Below, piece by piece: positions 9,320 to 19,016 of a stretch of DNA of 57,180 nt. The notes beneath the pieces are model-generated. The model made no database searches. It had not been told where the DNA came from and saw nothing but the letters and a program-made list of their open reading frames with translations. The DNA comes from an uncultured bacterium (GTDB taxonomy: Bacteria; Patescibacteriota; Minisyncoccia; Phycocordibacterales; UBA6065): contig CAIMLU010000018.1 in assembly GCA_903842365.1 (NCBI GenBank), forward strand, positions 1-57,180, in the 5' to 3' direction. The first letter of the stretch is position 1; each line of letters begins with the position of its first letter. The translations under genes and the position numbers were made by a program.

Positions 9320-10522
9320 ATGAAGAAACGAATACTTATATTCTCTTTTGTTTATTACCCAAATTTTGTTGGTGGAGCAGAAGTTGCTATTAAAGAAATA
9401 ACAGATCGAATATCACAAAAAGATATTGAATTCGATCTTATTGCGCTGCATTTCGATAAAAACCTCCCTTGTTCTGAGAAACTAGGGAACATAAATATAT
9501 ATCGTGTTGGGTTTGCTATAAAAAGGAAAGTTTCATCGAATTCATTACCGTTTAAGCTCCATCTTTTAAAGTTTTTGTACCCAGTTTTTGCTTTGATACA
9601 GGCAAATCGGCTTCATAAAAAACATGGTTATGATGCGGTGTGGGCGATGATGGCAAATTATTCTGGTTTTGGAGCTATTTTTTTTAAACTTTTTTATAAA
9701 CAAGTTCCACTTATTCTTACTCTTCAAGAAGGCGATCCGATTCCTTATATAAAGAAAAAAGTTCGATTTGTATGGCCGTTATTCAAACTTCTTTTTAGAA
9801 AAGCATCAATTATACAGACAATATCAAAATATTTAGCAGATTTTGCAATTGAGATGGGTGCAACGTGTCCTGTGGTTATTGTGCCAAACGCGGTTTCTGT
9901 TGAAGTGTTTACGGAGAAATTTCCCAAAAAAGAACTCGATGAAATTTCGTTACGGTTTAAGAAAGATCAGGGTGATATTTTCCTTATTACAACATCGCGT
10001 CTCGTTGTAAAAAATGCGATAGGGGATATTATCGAGTCCCTTTGTTATCTACCAGAACGAGTAAAATTTCTGGTGCTCGGTGTTGGGTACCAAGAGAAAG
10101 AATTAAAGGAGAAAGTTGAAAAGCTTGGAGTTGGACATAGGGTTCATTTTTTAGGATACGTACCACATAAAGAAATGCCAAAATACCTCAAGATTTCAGA
10201 CATTTTTATACGCCCATCCTTGTCTGAGGGTTTTGGTAACTCTTTCATTGAAGCAATGGCTGCTAGTATCCCTGTGATTGCAACCCCGGTTGGCGGTATC
10301 GTTGATTTCTTGAAAGATGGTGAAACAGGACTTTTTTGCAAAGTTTCTAACCCCAAGGATATAGCCTGCAAAGTGGAGATGTATCTCAATGACGAAGAAC
10401 TCAAAAATCGTATTGTGAAAAATGCTTTACGTATGGTTATTGAACAATATGATTGGAATCTTATTGTAAAAAAAATGAAAGAAGATGTGTTTAATAAAAT
10501 TTCTAATTCATTGGTTGTATGA
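9320..10522 (+). CDS. GT4-family glycosyltransferase
   Basis: SEGFGNSFIEAMAASIPVIATPVGGIVDFL motif. The ATG at 9320 (MKKRILIFSFVYYP) is preferred to the overlapping 9197 start. Confidence 0.85.
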   Translation: MKKRILIFSFVYYPNFVGGAEVAIKEITDRISQKDIEFDLIALHFDKNLPCSEKLGNINIYRVGFAIKRKVSSNSLPFKLHLLKFLYPVFALIQANRLHKKHGYDAVWAMMANYSGFGAIFFKLFYKQVPLILTLQEGDPIPYIKKKVRFVWPLFKLLFRKASIIQTISKYLADFAIEMGATCPVVIVPNAVSVEVFTEKFPKKELDEISLRFKKDQGDIFLITTSRLVVKNAIGDIIESLCYLPERVKFLVLGVGYQEKELKEKVEKLGVGHRVHFLGYVPHKEMPKYLKISDIFIRPSLSEGFGNSFIEAMAASIPVIATPVGGIVDFLKDGETGLFCKVSNPKDIACKVEMYLNDEELKNRIVKNALRMVIEQYDWNLIVKKMKEDVFNKISNSLVV

Positions 10523-11643
10523 AAATTCTCATTGCCACAGGTATCTATCCACCACAAATCGGAGGACCTGCAACATACTCAAAACTCCTTTTTGATGAAT
10601 TGCCAAAGAGGGGGATTGAGGTAAGTGTATCTAGTTTTGGTGATGTTATAAAAAAACCTAAATTAATTAGACATTTTTTATATTTTATTGATCTTATTAA
10701 AAAAGGTTATTCTGTTGATGTTATATACGCCCAAGACCCAATCTCTGTAGGTGTACCAGTTTTGATGGCTTCTTTTTTGTTGCGGAAAAAATATTTTCTT
10801 AAAATTGTTGGTGATTATGCATGGGAGCAAGGGGTTCAGCGCTTTGGTGTAGTTGATTCTCTTGATATTTTTTCAATGGAACATAAAAAATATCATGCAC
10901 AGGTTCGATGTTTAAAATGGATAGAGGCTTATGTTGCCAACAAAGCAGAACTTATTATAACTCCTAGTAATTATTTAAAAAAAATAATTAGTAATTGGGG
11001 TATTGATCCAACAAAAATCGATGTTATTTATAATGGATTTCACTGTGGTGAAATAATTGAAACCAGAGATTTTTTGCGTGCAAAGTATTCGTTGGTCGGT
11101 ACAACCATTATTTCTGTTGGCCGATTGGTTCCATGGAAGGGTTTTGAGATGCTTATTGAGGCACTTCCTTCTGTTATCTCAAAAATAGCAGATGCTCGAC
11201 TTGTTATTGTTGGTGATGGTCCAGATCGTCAAAAGCTTGAACAAAAAGTAATGGAATTAAATCTTGTGGAGAGGGTTTTATTTACCGGTAAGCTTGAGCA
11301 ACGTGCTCTTTTTGAATACATCAAGGCGTCTGATGCGTTCGTGCTCAATACGCAGTATGAAGGTTTTTCCCATCAAATATTGGAAGTTATGGCTATAGGG
11401 GTTCCAATTATAACAACAAACGTTGGTGGAAACCCAGAAGCGATTGAACACGGCGTTACTGGTGTTTTGGTTGAATTTAATGATAAAACAGCTTTGTTGG
11501 GTAATATAATTAATATTATTGCCGATTCGGTTAATACGAAAAAAATCGTTGAGAGGGCGAAGAATAGGGTTATCTACTTCACAGACACAAGGATGCTTGA
11601 AGAGTTTATTTTAAAATGTAAAAAATTTGTATCTAAAAAATAA
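10519..11643 (+). CDS. GT4-family glycosyltransferase (paralog of 8173-9303)
   Basis: Colinear similarity to 8173-9303 along the whole length (MKILIATGIYPPQIGG..., VGDYAWEQG, YEGFSHQILEVMAIGVPIITTNVGGNPEAI). ATGA start/stop overlap with the upstream gene. Confidence 0.87.
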   Translation: MKILIATGIYPPQIGGPATYSKLLFDELPKRGIEVSVSSFGDVIKKPKLIRHFLYFIDLIKKGYSVDVIYAQDPISVGVPVLMASFLLRKKYFLKIVGDYAWEQGVQRFGVVDSLDIFSMEHKKYHAQVRCLKWIEAYVANKAELIITPSNYLKKIISNWGIDPTKIDVIYNGFHCGEIIETRDFLRAKYSLVGTTIISVGRLVPWKGFEMLIEALPSVISKIADARLVIVGDGPDRQKLEQKVMELNLVERVLFTGKLEQRALFEYIKASDAFVLNTQYEGFSHQILEVMAIGVPIITTNVGGNPEAIEHGVTGVLVEFNDKTALLGNIINIIADSVNTKKIVERAKNRVIYFTDTRMLEEFILKCKKFVSKK

Positions 11644-12767
11644 TGAAAGTACTCATGTTTTCGACGGACGTGAAGATTCTTGAGGAGGGGAGTGCTGTGC
11701 GCACTAGGATGATCGAGTACGGTTCTCTTTTTGAAGAACTTTCCATTATTCTTATAACCAGCATTGGTTGCGAGAAACTCAAATATAACATTACTGATAA
11801 TACAATAGTCTATCCAACTGATTCTTCAAATAAACTCTCCGCATTTTTTACGGCATATAAAATAGCTTTAACGGTGGTTGCTGCGTGGAATCCGTTTGGT
11901 TTTGGTAAAGACGATTGGAATACACATGTTATTACCTCCCAAGATCCATTTGAGACCGGGTTGGTCGGTCTTCTTGTTGCAAAAAAATTTGGTGTTCGCT
12001 TAAATACACAGATTCATACTGATTTTCTAGACCCATTCTTTTTAAAAGAACATTTACTCAATGTATTACGAATGTATATTGCTCGATATGTTCTCTTAAG
12101 ATCAGACACAATACGAGTTGTATCAAATCGTATATATGCATCCCTTGTTAAAAACCCTCGATTTAATGTATTGGAGAAAAAGATCTCCATTCTCCCTATT
12201 TGGGTGGATCGTGTAAGGTATACTGAAGCTCAGATTAAAGTAGATCTTCATAAAAAATATTCACAATTTGAAAGGATTATTTTAATAGCATCTCGAATTA
12301 CTAAGGAAAAAAACATACCATTTTCTCTTGTGGTATTTAAGGGTGTTGTTGAGTTATTTCCAAAAACAGGTCTTGTTATTGTTGGTAAAGGGGTTGAGTG
12401 TGATAATATAAAACAGATTGCTAAAAAGCTCTCAATTGATTCGTCTGTGGTTTTTGAAGGCTGGTCCAATGATCTCGTGTCATACTATAAATCTTCAGAT
12501 ATGTTCTTGGTTTCATCTCTGTATGAAGGTTATGGAATGACTATTGTTGAAGCAATAGCTTCTGGTACCCCTGTGGTGTCCACAGACGTTGGCATTGCGA
12601 GGGAGGTTATGCCTGATTGGGCAATATATCAGCAAGGAGATGCAAAAGCATGTATACAAATTATTAAACGCCTTTTTAATTCAGGTGGATATGATATTCG
12701 ACCAATCCCCATTCAGACCAAGCAGGAATATCTTGAACTTTACAAAAAGTTTTTAAGTGTTGCGTAG
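11643..12767 (+). CDS. GT4-family glycosyltransferase
   Basis: YEGYGMTIVEAIASGTPVVSTDVG motif. TAATG overlap with the upstream gene. Confidence 0.8.
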   Translation: MKVLMFSTDVKILEEGSAVRTRMIEYGSLFEELSIILITSIGCEKLKYNITDNTIVYPTDSSNKLSAFFTAYKIALTVVAAWNPFGFGKDDWNTHVITSQDPFETGLVGLLVAKKFGVRLNTQIHTDFLDPFFLKEHLLNVLRMYIARYVLLRSDTIRVVSNRIYASLVKNPRFNVLEKKISILPIWVDRVRYTEAQIKVDLHKKYSQFERIILIASRITKEKNIPFSLVVFKGVVELFPKTGLVIVGKGVECDNIKQIAKKLSIDSSVVFEGWSNDLVSYYKSSDMFLVSSLYEGYGMTIVEAIASGTPVVSTDVGIAREVMPDWAIYQQGDAKACIQIIKRLFNSGGYDIRPIPIQTKQEYLELYKKFLSVA

Positions 12768-12772
12768 TTTAT

Positions 12773-13816
12773 ATGAAGTTACTCATTCTCACGCAGAAGG
12801 TTGATGTGAAGGATCCGGTGCTCGGATTCTTTCATCGTTGGGTTGTGGAATTTGCTAAGTACTTTGAATCTATTATTGTTATTTGTCTTTCTGAGGGTGA
12901 ACATTCACTCCCTAAAAACGTGAGAGTACTTTCTCTTGGTAAGGAAAATGGTGAGTCATTCTTTAAATACATTAGAAATTTCTTCAGGTTTATTGTTTGT
13001 GAGCGAGAGAATTATGATGCCATATTTGTTCACATGAATCAGGAATATGTGCTTCTTGGAAGTGTGTTTTGGAAGATCTTTGGCAAGAAGGTGACTATGT
13101 GGCGTAACCATCATGCAGGTAATTTCCTTACGCGTACGGCTGTTGTTATGTGTGATCGGGTTTTTTGCACCTCAAAATTTTCATACACTGCGGAATTTAA
13201 AAAAACTGTTCTTATGCCGGTTGGGATCGATACTGATATATTCAATAACCAGTCGCGTATTCCTCGTATCCAGAAATCTATTTTATTTCTTGGGAGAATC
13301 TCTCCAACAAAGAGACCTGATCTTTTTATAGATGCGATAAAGGATCTTTGTGATCAAGGTGTGTATGTAACAGCGACCATCGTCGGTGATCCATTACCGA
13401 AAGATATTGCATACTATGAGTCACTTAAATCTAAAGTACACGATTATAACCTTGATTCAAGAATTGTCTTTAAGAAAGGGGTGCCGAACACTGAGACGGT
13501 TGCAATATATAATGCTCATGAGATATTTGTAAATCTCTCATCGAGCGGTATGTACGACAAGACAATTTTTGAGGCAATGGCTTGTGGTACCCTTTCTATT
13601 GCTTCAAATGAGAACCTTTGTGGAATAATCGACAAAATACTCCTCTTTAGGGAGGGTGATAGGGCTGACCTCGTTGAGAAGCTTGCGGGTCTTCTTAATC
13701 TTCCTACTAATAGTCGTGTACTACTTCTCAATGCACAAAGAAAACTTGTAGAGGACGAACATAGCCTTGGGTCGCTTGGTACAAAAATTCAAAAATTAAT
13801 CATATCAATACCATAA
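12773..13816 (+). CDS. glycosyltransferase (GT4-like, divergent)
   Basis: GRISPTKR and YDKTIFEAMACGTLSIASN blocks in the positions expected for a GT-B C-terminal domain. Confidence 0.68.
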   Translation: MKLLILTQKVDVKDPVLGFFHRWVVEFAKYFESIIVICLSEGEHSLPKNVRVLSLGKENGESFFKYIRNFFRFIVCERENYDAIFVHMNQEYVLLGSVFWKIFGKKVTMWRNHHAGNFLTRTAVVMCDRVFCTSKFSYTAEFKKTVLMPVGIDTDIFNNQSRIPRIQKSILFLGRISPTKRPDLFIDAIKDLCDQGVYVTATIVGDPLPKDIAYYESLKSKVHDYNLDSRIVFKKGVPNTETVAIYNAHEIFVNLSSSGMYDKTIFEAMACGTLSIASNENLCGIIDKILLFREGDRADLVEKLAGLLNLPTNSRVLLLNAQRKLVEDEHSLGSLGTKIQKLIISIP

Positions 13817-14596
13817 ATGATTTCATCACTTCGCGTCGCTTTTTCGGTGTTTTATATCACATCAAATATTCACTCAAAATTGTTTATTTTTTTTGTGCTA
13901 CTACATGCTTTCATTAGAAAATTTTTTCCACTAAAACCTCGTTCATTTGATATATCTATTCGATTTGGTGGAAATATTCTCTTTTTTAATATTCGTGGTA
14001 TCGCGGATCTTGCTGCTCTATATGAAGTGTTTGTGAAAAAGGAGTATGAGTTTGAGACACTCTCTGAAGTGAGGGTTATTGTAGATCTTGGTGCCAATAT
14101 CGGTGACACGGCTGTATATTTTGCTTCTATGTATCCCAATGCTCGTGTATACGCAATTGAGGCAGATCCTGCTATATTTGAAGTTCTTAAAATGAATACA
14201 TTGTCAGTCAAGAATATTACACCTGTGTTCGGTGCCATTTCCTCTTATACAGGGTCACTTGATTTCTTTGTGAATGCAAGCAGTCTTTCTGGTTCAGTGT
14301 TTGAGCGAAACGGTACATCAAAAAAAGTCTCCGTGCCATGTTTTTCTTTGAAAGATTTTATGAATAGACAAGGTGTGTCTATGGTTGATATTATTAAGTT
14401 TGATATTGAGGGTGGTGAGTACGAGTTTTTTGATTCATCGATGAATGATATTCAGAAATCACGTCTTTTGATTGGTGAGGTCCACCCAGATATTGCAGGG
14501 CGTGCTGGTGATGATATTGTGAAAAAACTTAATGGATTTCATGTTATAAAAACCCCGACGCACGGAGAGCGATTTATTATTACCGCAAAAAAATAG
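13817..14596 (+). CDS. FkbM-family SAM-dependent methyltransferase
   Basis: VDLGANIGDTAVYFA glycine-rich SAM motif, and IKFDIEGGEYEF typical of FkbM. Confidence 0.75.
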   Translation: MISSLRVAFSVFYITSNIHSKLFIFFVLLHAFIRKFFPLKPRSFDISIRFGGNILFFNIRGIADLAALYEVFVKKEYEFETLSEVRVIVDLGANIGDTAVYFASMYPNARVYAIEADPAIFEVLKMNTLSVKNITPVFGAISSYTGSLDFFVNASSLSGSVFERNGTSKKVSVPCFSLKDFMNRQGVSMVDIIKFDIEGGEYEFFDSSMNDIQKSRLLIGEVHPDIAGRAGDDIVKKLNGFHVIKTPTHGERFIITAKK

Positions 14597-14602
14597 AAAA
14601 TT

Positions 14603-15223
14603 ATGTATTCAATCATTAGGACTCTTGAGTATAAAAATATTTCAGAAACCCCGTTTAGTGGTGATGTTCTTGATATTGGTGGTAGTACAAAATCTGGTTA
14701 TCATGAGCTTATGAAGGGTAATCGAAAGATAACTACTGTTAATATTAACAAAGAATACGGGTGTGATTTAGTTTTTGATATTCAGAAGCCTTTTCCACTA
14801 AAGACTGGCTCGTTCGACGTTGTCTCTTCTTTTAATGTTTTCGAGCACATTTTTGGTTTTCACAATGCGTTTTCTGAAACCTCTCGTGTTTTAAAGAAAG
14901 GGGGTAAAATAGTTTTTGCTGTTCCTTTTCTTTATCAAATCCACGGATCACCAGATGATTATTTTAGGTATACTGAATCCGCACTACGTGAACTTCTGGC
15001 TATCAATGGGTTTAAGGTTGAAAAGATAACCCCTCTGGGTTATTCCATGTTTTCTCTTATTTTCCAAATATGTGGAGGGATAATACCTACTATATTTTTG
15101 AAAAAAATTATTCAATCGGTGTGTGTGTTTTTGGATAAGGTGCTTCTTAAAATCTCATCCAAGTACAGGGAACTTGCTTCAAGAATTCCATTAGGATACT
15201 TTGTTATTGGTATTAAAAACTAA
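14603..15223 (+). CDS. class I SAM-dependent methyltransferase
   Basis: VLDIGGST motif I and FDVVSSFNVFEHI motif (Methyltransf_11-like). Confidence 0.7.
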   Translation: MYSIIRTLEYKNISETPFSGDVLDIGGSTKSGYHELMKGNRKITTVNINKEYGCDLVFDIQKPFPLKTGSFDVVSSFNVFEHIFGFHNAFSETSRVLKKGGKIVFAVPFLYQIHGSPDDYFRYTESALRELLAINGFKVEKITPLGYSMFSLIFQICGGIIPTIFLKKIIQSVCVFLDKVLLKISSKYRELASRIPLGYFVIGIKN

Positions 15224-15263
15224 CTAAAAACACCTGAAATATTATAATTTCAGGTGTTTTTAG
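15224..15263. terminator. bidirectional terminator between convergent genes
   Basis: ctaaaaacacctgaaat / tttcaggtgtttttag, a 16-17 bp inverted repeat with A/T runs on both sides. Confidence 0.72.
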
Positions 15264-15271
15264 TTAATTGT

Positions 15272-16531
15272 TTATGATCTGTTTTGTCTTTTTAAGATGA
15301 AGAAGATTGAGATTGTGAGCTGTAATGCACTAGATGTTATTTTGGCAAATATCATTCCCCAAAGACCAAATAATAATATTAGAATGATCTGTAGAATTGT
15401 TTGGAATATTGGCAAGCCAATGTTTAATAGATACATTTCTTTTTTTAATTTCTGTGAAAAGAGTATTGCACTGGTAATGTAAGATGCTGAGAATATAAGT
15501 GAAATTGAATAGACTTGTGTAAAAATAACCGCATCAAGGTATTTTGGAAATACAAGACGAAACAGTGTTGGTGCAATAAAGATATAAGCAAGGCAGACAA
15601 GTGAGGAGGCTAGTGTTATTAATCCAATTTTTCTCCAGAGTAAGCTTTTGATTTCACTGTGATTCCTTGTTGATAGTTTTGGCAGAGCGACACTTCCTAT
15701 ATTTTTTGCAAAACCACCTATTTTATCAGGAAGGTTTGATGCAAGGGCATATACAGCAAGAGCTGCGGGTCCTAAAAACATGAAGACAAAGGCGTTGTCT
15801 AGTTGACCAACTATCCCTCCAAATACGTTCATGAGGCTCATTTTTTTTCCGTATTCAAGGGTATCAGGTTCTTCGGTGTTGTTTGGTGGGTAGCATCTGA
15901 TTGTTTTCCAGTAGAAGTATATTGTTGCAATAGTGTTGGAGACGATGTTTATGGTTGCTAATAAGAGAGCGTCCTTAAGGAATGTTATACCAATAAATAT
16001 AGATACATAGTAAAAAAGAGCGACACCAATAGAATAGAAAAAATTTAACCTAAATAATCTTTTCCCTATCAAAAACGCATTGTAGGTATTAAAAGCAGCA
16101 AGAGTTGGTGTCGCAATGCTAATAACAAGTAATCCACCACCAACCGTTGCGTCCCCATCTAAGAAAGATTTTAGTGCCCAAATAAGAGAAATACAGAAGG
16201 GGAGCACCATCCATTTGAGTTGGGTTTTAACAGATGTTCTTAGGGATCCTTCATGTCCTCGGGCAACTGCGCGTGTAATCGCATTATTCATTCCGGTGAG
16301 ACAGAAAAATCCAACAATTGAAGAAAGTGAAAGAATGTATTGATATTGCCCGTACGTCTCTTTGGGAAGGAGGTTGGCAAATGTTATTGAGAGTAGGAAG
16401 CCTAAAGTTGCAGTGATAAATGTGTGGCCACTCATCCAAAAATTACTTGTGATAAGGTATACCATATCGGTCTTCGTATATTTTTCAGTCGATCGGAGAA
16501 GCCAGATTATTCTGTGTTTGAGTTGTTCCAT
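15272..16531 (-). CDS. polysaccharide/oligosaccharide flippase (Wzx / MOP superfamily)
   Basis: 419 aa with about 12-14 predicted TM helices, in a glycan-cluster context. Confidence 0.72.
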   Translation of the reverse strand: MEQLKHRIIWLLRSTEKYTKTDMVYLITSNFWMSGHTFITATLGFLLSITFANLLPKETYGQYQYILSLSSIVGFFCLTGMNNAITRAVARGHEGSLRTSVKTQLKWMVLPFCISLIWALKSFLDGDATVGGGLLVISIATPTLAAFNTYNAFLIGKRLFRLNFFYSIGVALFYYVSIFIGITFLKDALLLATINIVSNTIATIYFYWKTIRCYPPNNTEEPDTLEYGKKMSLMNVFGGIVGQLDNAFVFMFLGPAALAVYALASNLPDKIGGFAKNIGSVALPKLSTRNHSEIKSLLWRKIGLITLASSLVCLAYIFIAPTLFRLVFPKYLDAVIFTQVYSISLIFSASYITSAILFSQKLKKEMYLLNIGLPIFQTILQIILILLFGLWGMIFAKITSSALQLTISIFFILKRQNRS

Positions 16532-16708
16532 GTTGACCTATAATACTAATAGAGTTGTTTTCGCGCTAGACTTAGTTAATTTCAAACGACGAGTGATTCA
16601 TGTTAATCCCATATAAAGAAGGCTTCAGTAGTGTGTTTGGTGTGGGTTGTGTTAAATCGCTCATAATTATATGGTATAGTTCATCTCACAAGAACTATAG
16701 AAAAACCA

Positions 16709-19006
16709 ATGAAATCACTGCTCAAAAATATAATCCTCGTTTGTTTGTTTGCGTTACCATTTGTTGCGCTCTATGTAGCTAATAGCTCTTTCTTTCCTTA
16801 TATAACAGGTAAGAACTTCCTTTTTAGGATGTTGGTTGAGGTTGCTTTTGCTGCATGGATTCCACTTATGTTGAGGTTTCGTGAATTTCGTCCAAAGAAA
16901 TCAATCATATTGTGGGGATTCCTTGGTTTTGTGGTAACAATGCTTATTTCGGCAATCCTTGCAGTTAATCCGGAAAAGGCTATTTGGTCGAATTTTGAAC
17001 GCATGGAAGGATATATAACCCTTATCCACCTTTTTGCTCTTTACCTCGTTGCTTCTTCAGTTGTTACAAAACTACAAATTTGGGAGCGTTTCTTTGATGC
17101 GACACTTATTGCTGGGGTGTTTGTTGCTGTTAGTGCTTTTACAAAGACAACTAATTGGGATCGTATTGATGGACCGCTTGGTAATGCAACCTATTTTGCT
17201 GCAGTTATGCTTTTCTGTCTCTTTTTTGCTTTATATATGATTGTCCGTCGATTGAGAGAGGGTAAGACGTGGTTTTTGTACCTGTATGTTCCAGCGATTA
17301 TCACGTTTTTAGTCGGTCTTTATTATGCCGGTACTCGCGGAACAATACTGGGTTTCATTGGTGGTCTTGGTATAACTGCTTTGATTCTTGCTTTTATGGA
17401 AAAGAAGGCGCCCGCATTAAAACTTGTTGCCCGTATTGCAATCGTTATCGGCGTTGTCGGTATTCTCGGTTTTATTGCTATTAAAGATACGTCATTTGTA
17501 CGAAGTTCTCCTGTTATGGTTAGGTTCTCGTCTATTTCTGCGCAGGATAACACAACAAAAGCGCGTTTTATGGTGTGGGGTGAGGCATTGCAAGGATTTA
17601 AAGAGCGTCCTTTGTTTGGTTGGGGACAAGAAAACTTTAACTACGTGTTTAACAAATATTACAATCCTGGAATGTATGGTCAGGAACAATGGTTTGATCG
17701 AACACACAACGTTGTTTTGGACTGGCTTGTAACTGGTGGAATCTTTGGTCTTGCTGGGTATCTCTTTTTATTCGGTTCGTCACTTTGGTTTTTGTTTCGT
17801 GGAAAAGTACCTTTTGAAGCAGAACAATCGAAAAAGATCTTTTCCACTGATAATAATACCGAGCAGTTCATTGTCGAAAAATCGATCTTTATTGGTTTAT
17901 TTGTTGCGTACTTTATACACAACCTCTTTGTGTTCGACAACATCACGAGTTGGATTCCGTTCATTATGCTTGTTTCATTTATTAGCGCGTTGTGGGTGAA
18001 GGGTGATACGTTTGCAAACTCTTCAGAATTAGAAACTTCTGACTCTTTTACACAAAGTGTCGTTATTCCAGGGGTAATCGTTGTATTTGTTTTTGTTGCC
18101 TACTTTTCGGTGTGGAAGGGTGCAGTTGCGGCCCAAACCCTTGTTCAAGCAATGCGTTACGGTCAAGATGTTCCTAATTCAAAGGGTGAAGTCGTACAGC
18201 GTGCCGATATTGGTAAAACCTTTGATGCTTTTAAGAAAGTTATTGCTTTGAATACGTTCGCAAATTCCGAGGCGCGTGAATACCTTGTTCAAGCCGTATC
18301 TATCGTTGAATCACGTGGAAAAATAGATGAACGTGTTGCATTTAGAGAGTTTGCTCGTGATCAGATGAAAAAACAAATCGCGGAAACACCAAATGATGCG
18401 CGTTATCACATGTTCGCAGCATCACTCTCGAGTGCATATGGTCAGTTTGATGACGCTGAAAAATCACTCAAACGAGCAATTGAACTTTCACCTCGTAAAC
18501 AATCACTTTTGTACCAATTAGCTCAAGTGTACCTTCAAGAAAAGAAATATGATGATGCGGTTGCTGTGTACAAAGAGGCGTATCTTGCATATCCAATCAA
18601 TGTGACTGCTATGGAATATTATGCAGCCGGACTTGTTTTTGCGGGACGTGTTGCGGAATCTGATTCATTTATTGATGAAAATAAAAATGTGTTCAGTAGT
18701 CAGGGTGTTGAAGTGGTGTCGGTTGGGGGTAAATCATACCTTCTTGGTGAAAAAATCCTCGCTGTCTATGTTGAAAAAGGTCTCGTCGATAAAGTAGATG
18801 CAGCACTCCGTGCAGGTATAAGTGTCACAAAAGATGGTAATAAGGCCGTGCTGTATTACAAAAAACTTGTTGGCACATATATGAAAGTAAATAAGAATGA
18901 TAAAGCCGCATCTGTGGTTCAGGAATTGATTCAAGCCTTTCCAAACAATCCAGAGAATGCAATGTGGAAGCAAGGTCTCGCGGAGCTTCGTTCAATCAAG
19001 AAATAG
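16709..19006 (+). CDS. O-antigen ligase/polymerase-like (Wzy_C) membrane protein fused to a C-terminal TPR domain
   Basis: 765 aa. The N-terminal ~430 aa are polytopic with a GTRGTILGFIGG loop region. The C-terminal ~300 aa are soluble with TPR-like repeats (AEKSLKRAIELSPRKQSLLYQLAQVYLQEKKYDDAVAVYKEA). Confidence 0.72.
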   Translation: MKSLLKNIILVCLFALPFVALYVANSSFFPYITGKNFLFRMLVEVAFAAWIPLMLRFREFRPKKSIILWGFLGFVVTMLISAILAVNPEKAIWSNFERMEGYITLIHLFALYLVASSVVTKLQIWERFFDATLIAGVFVAVSAFTKTTNWDRIDGPLGNATYFAAVMLFCLFFALYMIVRRLREGKTWFLYLYVPAIITFLVGLYYAGTRGTILGFIGGLGITALILAFMEKKAPALKLVARIAIVIGVVGILGFIAIKDTSFVRSSPVMVRFSSISAQDNTTKARFMVWGEALQGFKERPLFGWGQENFNYVFNKYYNPGMYGQEQWFDRTHNVVLDWLVTGGIFGLAGYLFLFGSSLWFLFRGKVPFEAEQSKKIFSTDNNTEQFIVEKSIFIGLFVAYFIHNLFVFDNITSWIPFIMLVSFISALWVKGDTFANSSELETSDSFTQSVVIPGVIVVFVFVAYFSVWKGAVAAQTLVQAMRYGQDVPNSKGEVVQRADIGKTFDAFKKVIALNTFANSEAREYLVQAVSIVESRGKIDERVAFREFARDQMKKQIAETPNDARYHMFAASLSSAYGQFDDAEKSLKRAIELSPRKQSLLYQLAQVYLQEKKYDDAVAVYKEAYLAYPINVTAMEYYAAGLVFAGRVAESDSFIDENKNVFSSQGVEVVSVGGKSYLLGEKILAVYVEKGLVDKVDAALRAGISVTKDGNKAVLYYKKLVGTYMKVNKNDKAASVVQELIQAFPNNPENAMWKQGLAELRSIKK

Positions 19007-19016
19007 TGGACCAAAT

